From positions 1 to 34,395 of IMG/VR virus record IMGVR_UViG_3300047560_000265: DNA of 34,395 nt; one strand, given 5' to 3'. Numbering within the stretch: the first letter of the stretch is position 1; every line of letters starts with the position of its first letter. Of this stretch, positions 33,487-34,395 are shown one piece after another. The position numbers and the translations under genes are program-made. Under the pieces are notes generated by a model, which saw only the letters and a program-made list of their open reading frames with translations, did not search any database and had not been told where the DNA came from. The DNA comes from a virus (lineage: Duplodnaviria > Caudoviricetes).

Positions 33487-33648
33487 ATGGAACACACACT
33501 CACATACTTGACACCGCCTGATGCGGAACACAAACTCATCATCACATTTGATGACGGTACAACCCGTGAGTACACACAAGCAGAGAAAGACCAGTACATC
33601 GCTGACTATCCTGACCGTGTTGCTGATGTAGTGGCAATGGGTTGGTAA
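33487..33648 (+). CDS. 53-aa protein, possible fibre chaperone (not in ORF track)
   Basis: MEHTLTYLTPPDAEHKLIITFDDG...AMGW; abuts the fibre stop and is TAATG-coupled downstream. Confidence 0.65.
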   Translation: MEHTLTYLTPPDAEHKLIITFDDGTTREYTQAEKDQYIADYPDRVADVVAMGW

Positions 33649-33731
33649 TGATTTGGATTTTTATCCCTCTAGCGTTGCTTATCTTTATCGGATGGGCAAT
33701 GTTAGACGATGAACAACAATTGAAAGAATAG
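33648..33731 (+). CDS. 27-aa single-TM peptide (not in ORF track)
   Basis: MIWIFIPLALLIFIGWAMLDDEQQLKE; fills the gap exactly. Confidence 0.5.
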   Translation: MIWIFIPLALLIFIGWAMLDDEQQLKE

Positions 33732-33733
33732 TA

Positions 33734-33937
33734 ATGGCAACAATTGACGCAACAGACGCTCGTCTGTCTACGCATGAGGAAGTGTGTGCTATGCGCTATG
33801 AGTCTATTAACAAGACTCTAGAGCATGGCGAAAAGCGCATGACTAAGATTGAATATCTGCTTTATGCGGTGATGGCTGTTGTGCTGCTCGGCCCTGGTGT
33901 CGGGGCTGAGTTCTTCAAGAAACTTCTGGGGATTTGA
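33734..33937 (+). CDS. Coiled-coil plus TM protein (XhlA-like architecture)
   Basis: RLSTHEEVCAMRYESI..KRMTKIE followed by a hydrophobic segment. Confidence 0.78.
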   Translation: MATIDATDARLSTHEEVCAMRYESINKTLEHGEKRMTKIEYLLYAVMAVVLLGPGVGAEFFKKLLGI

Positions 33938-33938
33938 T

Positions 33939-34395
33939 ATTGACCCGATTTCTGCAATGCTCATGCTGTCAAGCGCACTCAAGGGCATACGCTCTTGCTG
34001 TGAGATGCTGTCAGAGGGCAAAGCAGAGATTCAGCGAATCAAGAAGGGCGTAGAAGATGCCAAGGCTATCGTCAAGGATGTTTCTGGATTCTTTGGTTGG
34101 CTTAAAGGTCTGTTCGGTGGCTCACCTGATGAGCCTGTCAAAGTTGAAGCGAAACCAGTAAAGGCTAAGAAAGATGAATATGTTGATTACATCCCTGATG
34201 AAGATGCTGTAATCGACCAATTCATTCGCCATGTTGGAGACTTCTTTAAGGCGCAAGCCTATTTGGTAGCCTATAAAGAGGATTTAGAAAGAAAGGTCTT
34301 TAGTTCGTCACATGGAGACAATAACATTGGCGCATTGGAACTTATCTCGATTGAGACAAAGTTGGTCAAGTGTGGTGCGGAACTGAGGGAGTTGA
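33939..34395 (+). CDS. 5' part of the junction-spanning gene (about 267 aa in total, ends at 461)
   Basis: Open frame IDPISAMLML...; start is ATT 33939 or ATG 33957. Confidence 0.8.
   Translation, partial: MDPISAMLMLSSALKGIRSCCEMLSEGKAEIQRIKKGVEDAKAIVKDVSGFFGWLKGLFGGSPDEPVKVEAKPVKAKKDEYVDYIPDEDAVIDQFIRHVGDFFKAQAYLVAYKEDLERKVFSSSHGDNNIGALELISIETKLVKCGAELREL
34282..34395. repeat. Terminal direct repeat, copy 2
   Basis: Identical to 1-114. Confidence 0.98.

Overview
The window is a complete, circularly permuted ~34.28 kb tailed-phage genome: bases 1-114 are identical to 34282-34395, and one gene runs across the junction. The layout is lambdoid/P22-like and podovirus-type. It has a leftward early operon (ERF, YqaJ exonuclease, SSB-like), a rightward early operon (HNH, MazG-like, DUF1376-type initiator, VRR-NUC, NinB, nin-like small genes), a late operon (glycosyltransferase, FkbM methyltransferase, ART-like protein, TerS/TerL, portal, scaffold, capsid, short-tail and ejection proteins, tail fibre) and an extended lysis cassette (Rz/Rz1, GH19 endolysin). 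Spanins indicate a Gram-negative host; a betaproteobacterial host is only a guess. I recognise no integrase, CI/Cro repressor, N/Q antiterminator, helicase or polymerase. Instead, most control points carry structured RNA: a C4-type antisense module in front of an HNH gene, a cloverleaf in front of the initiator, twin early leaders, and a two-state leader plus terminator at the early/late boundary. Other points of interest are an unannotated secreted Cys-rich peptide, a possible virion-glycosylation set, a recurrent GLL motif in probable internal virion proteins, four free-standing homing endonucleases and a precisely swappable gene cassette. All family assignments come from motif recognition by eye, with no database searches.
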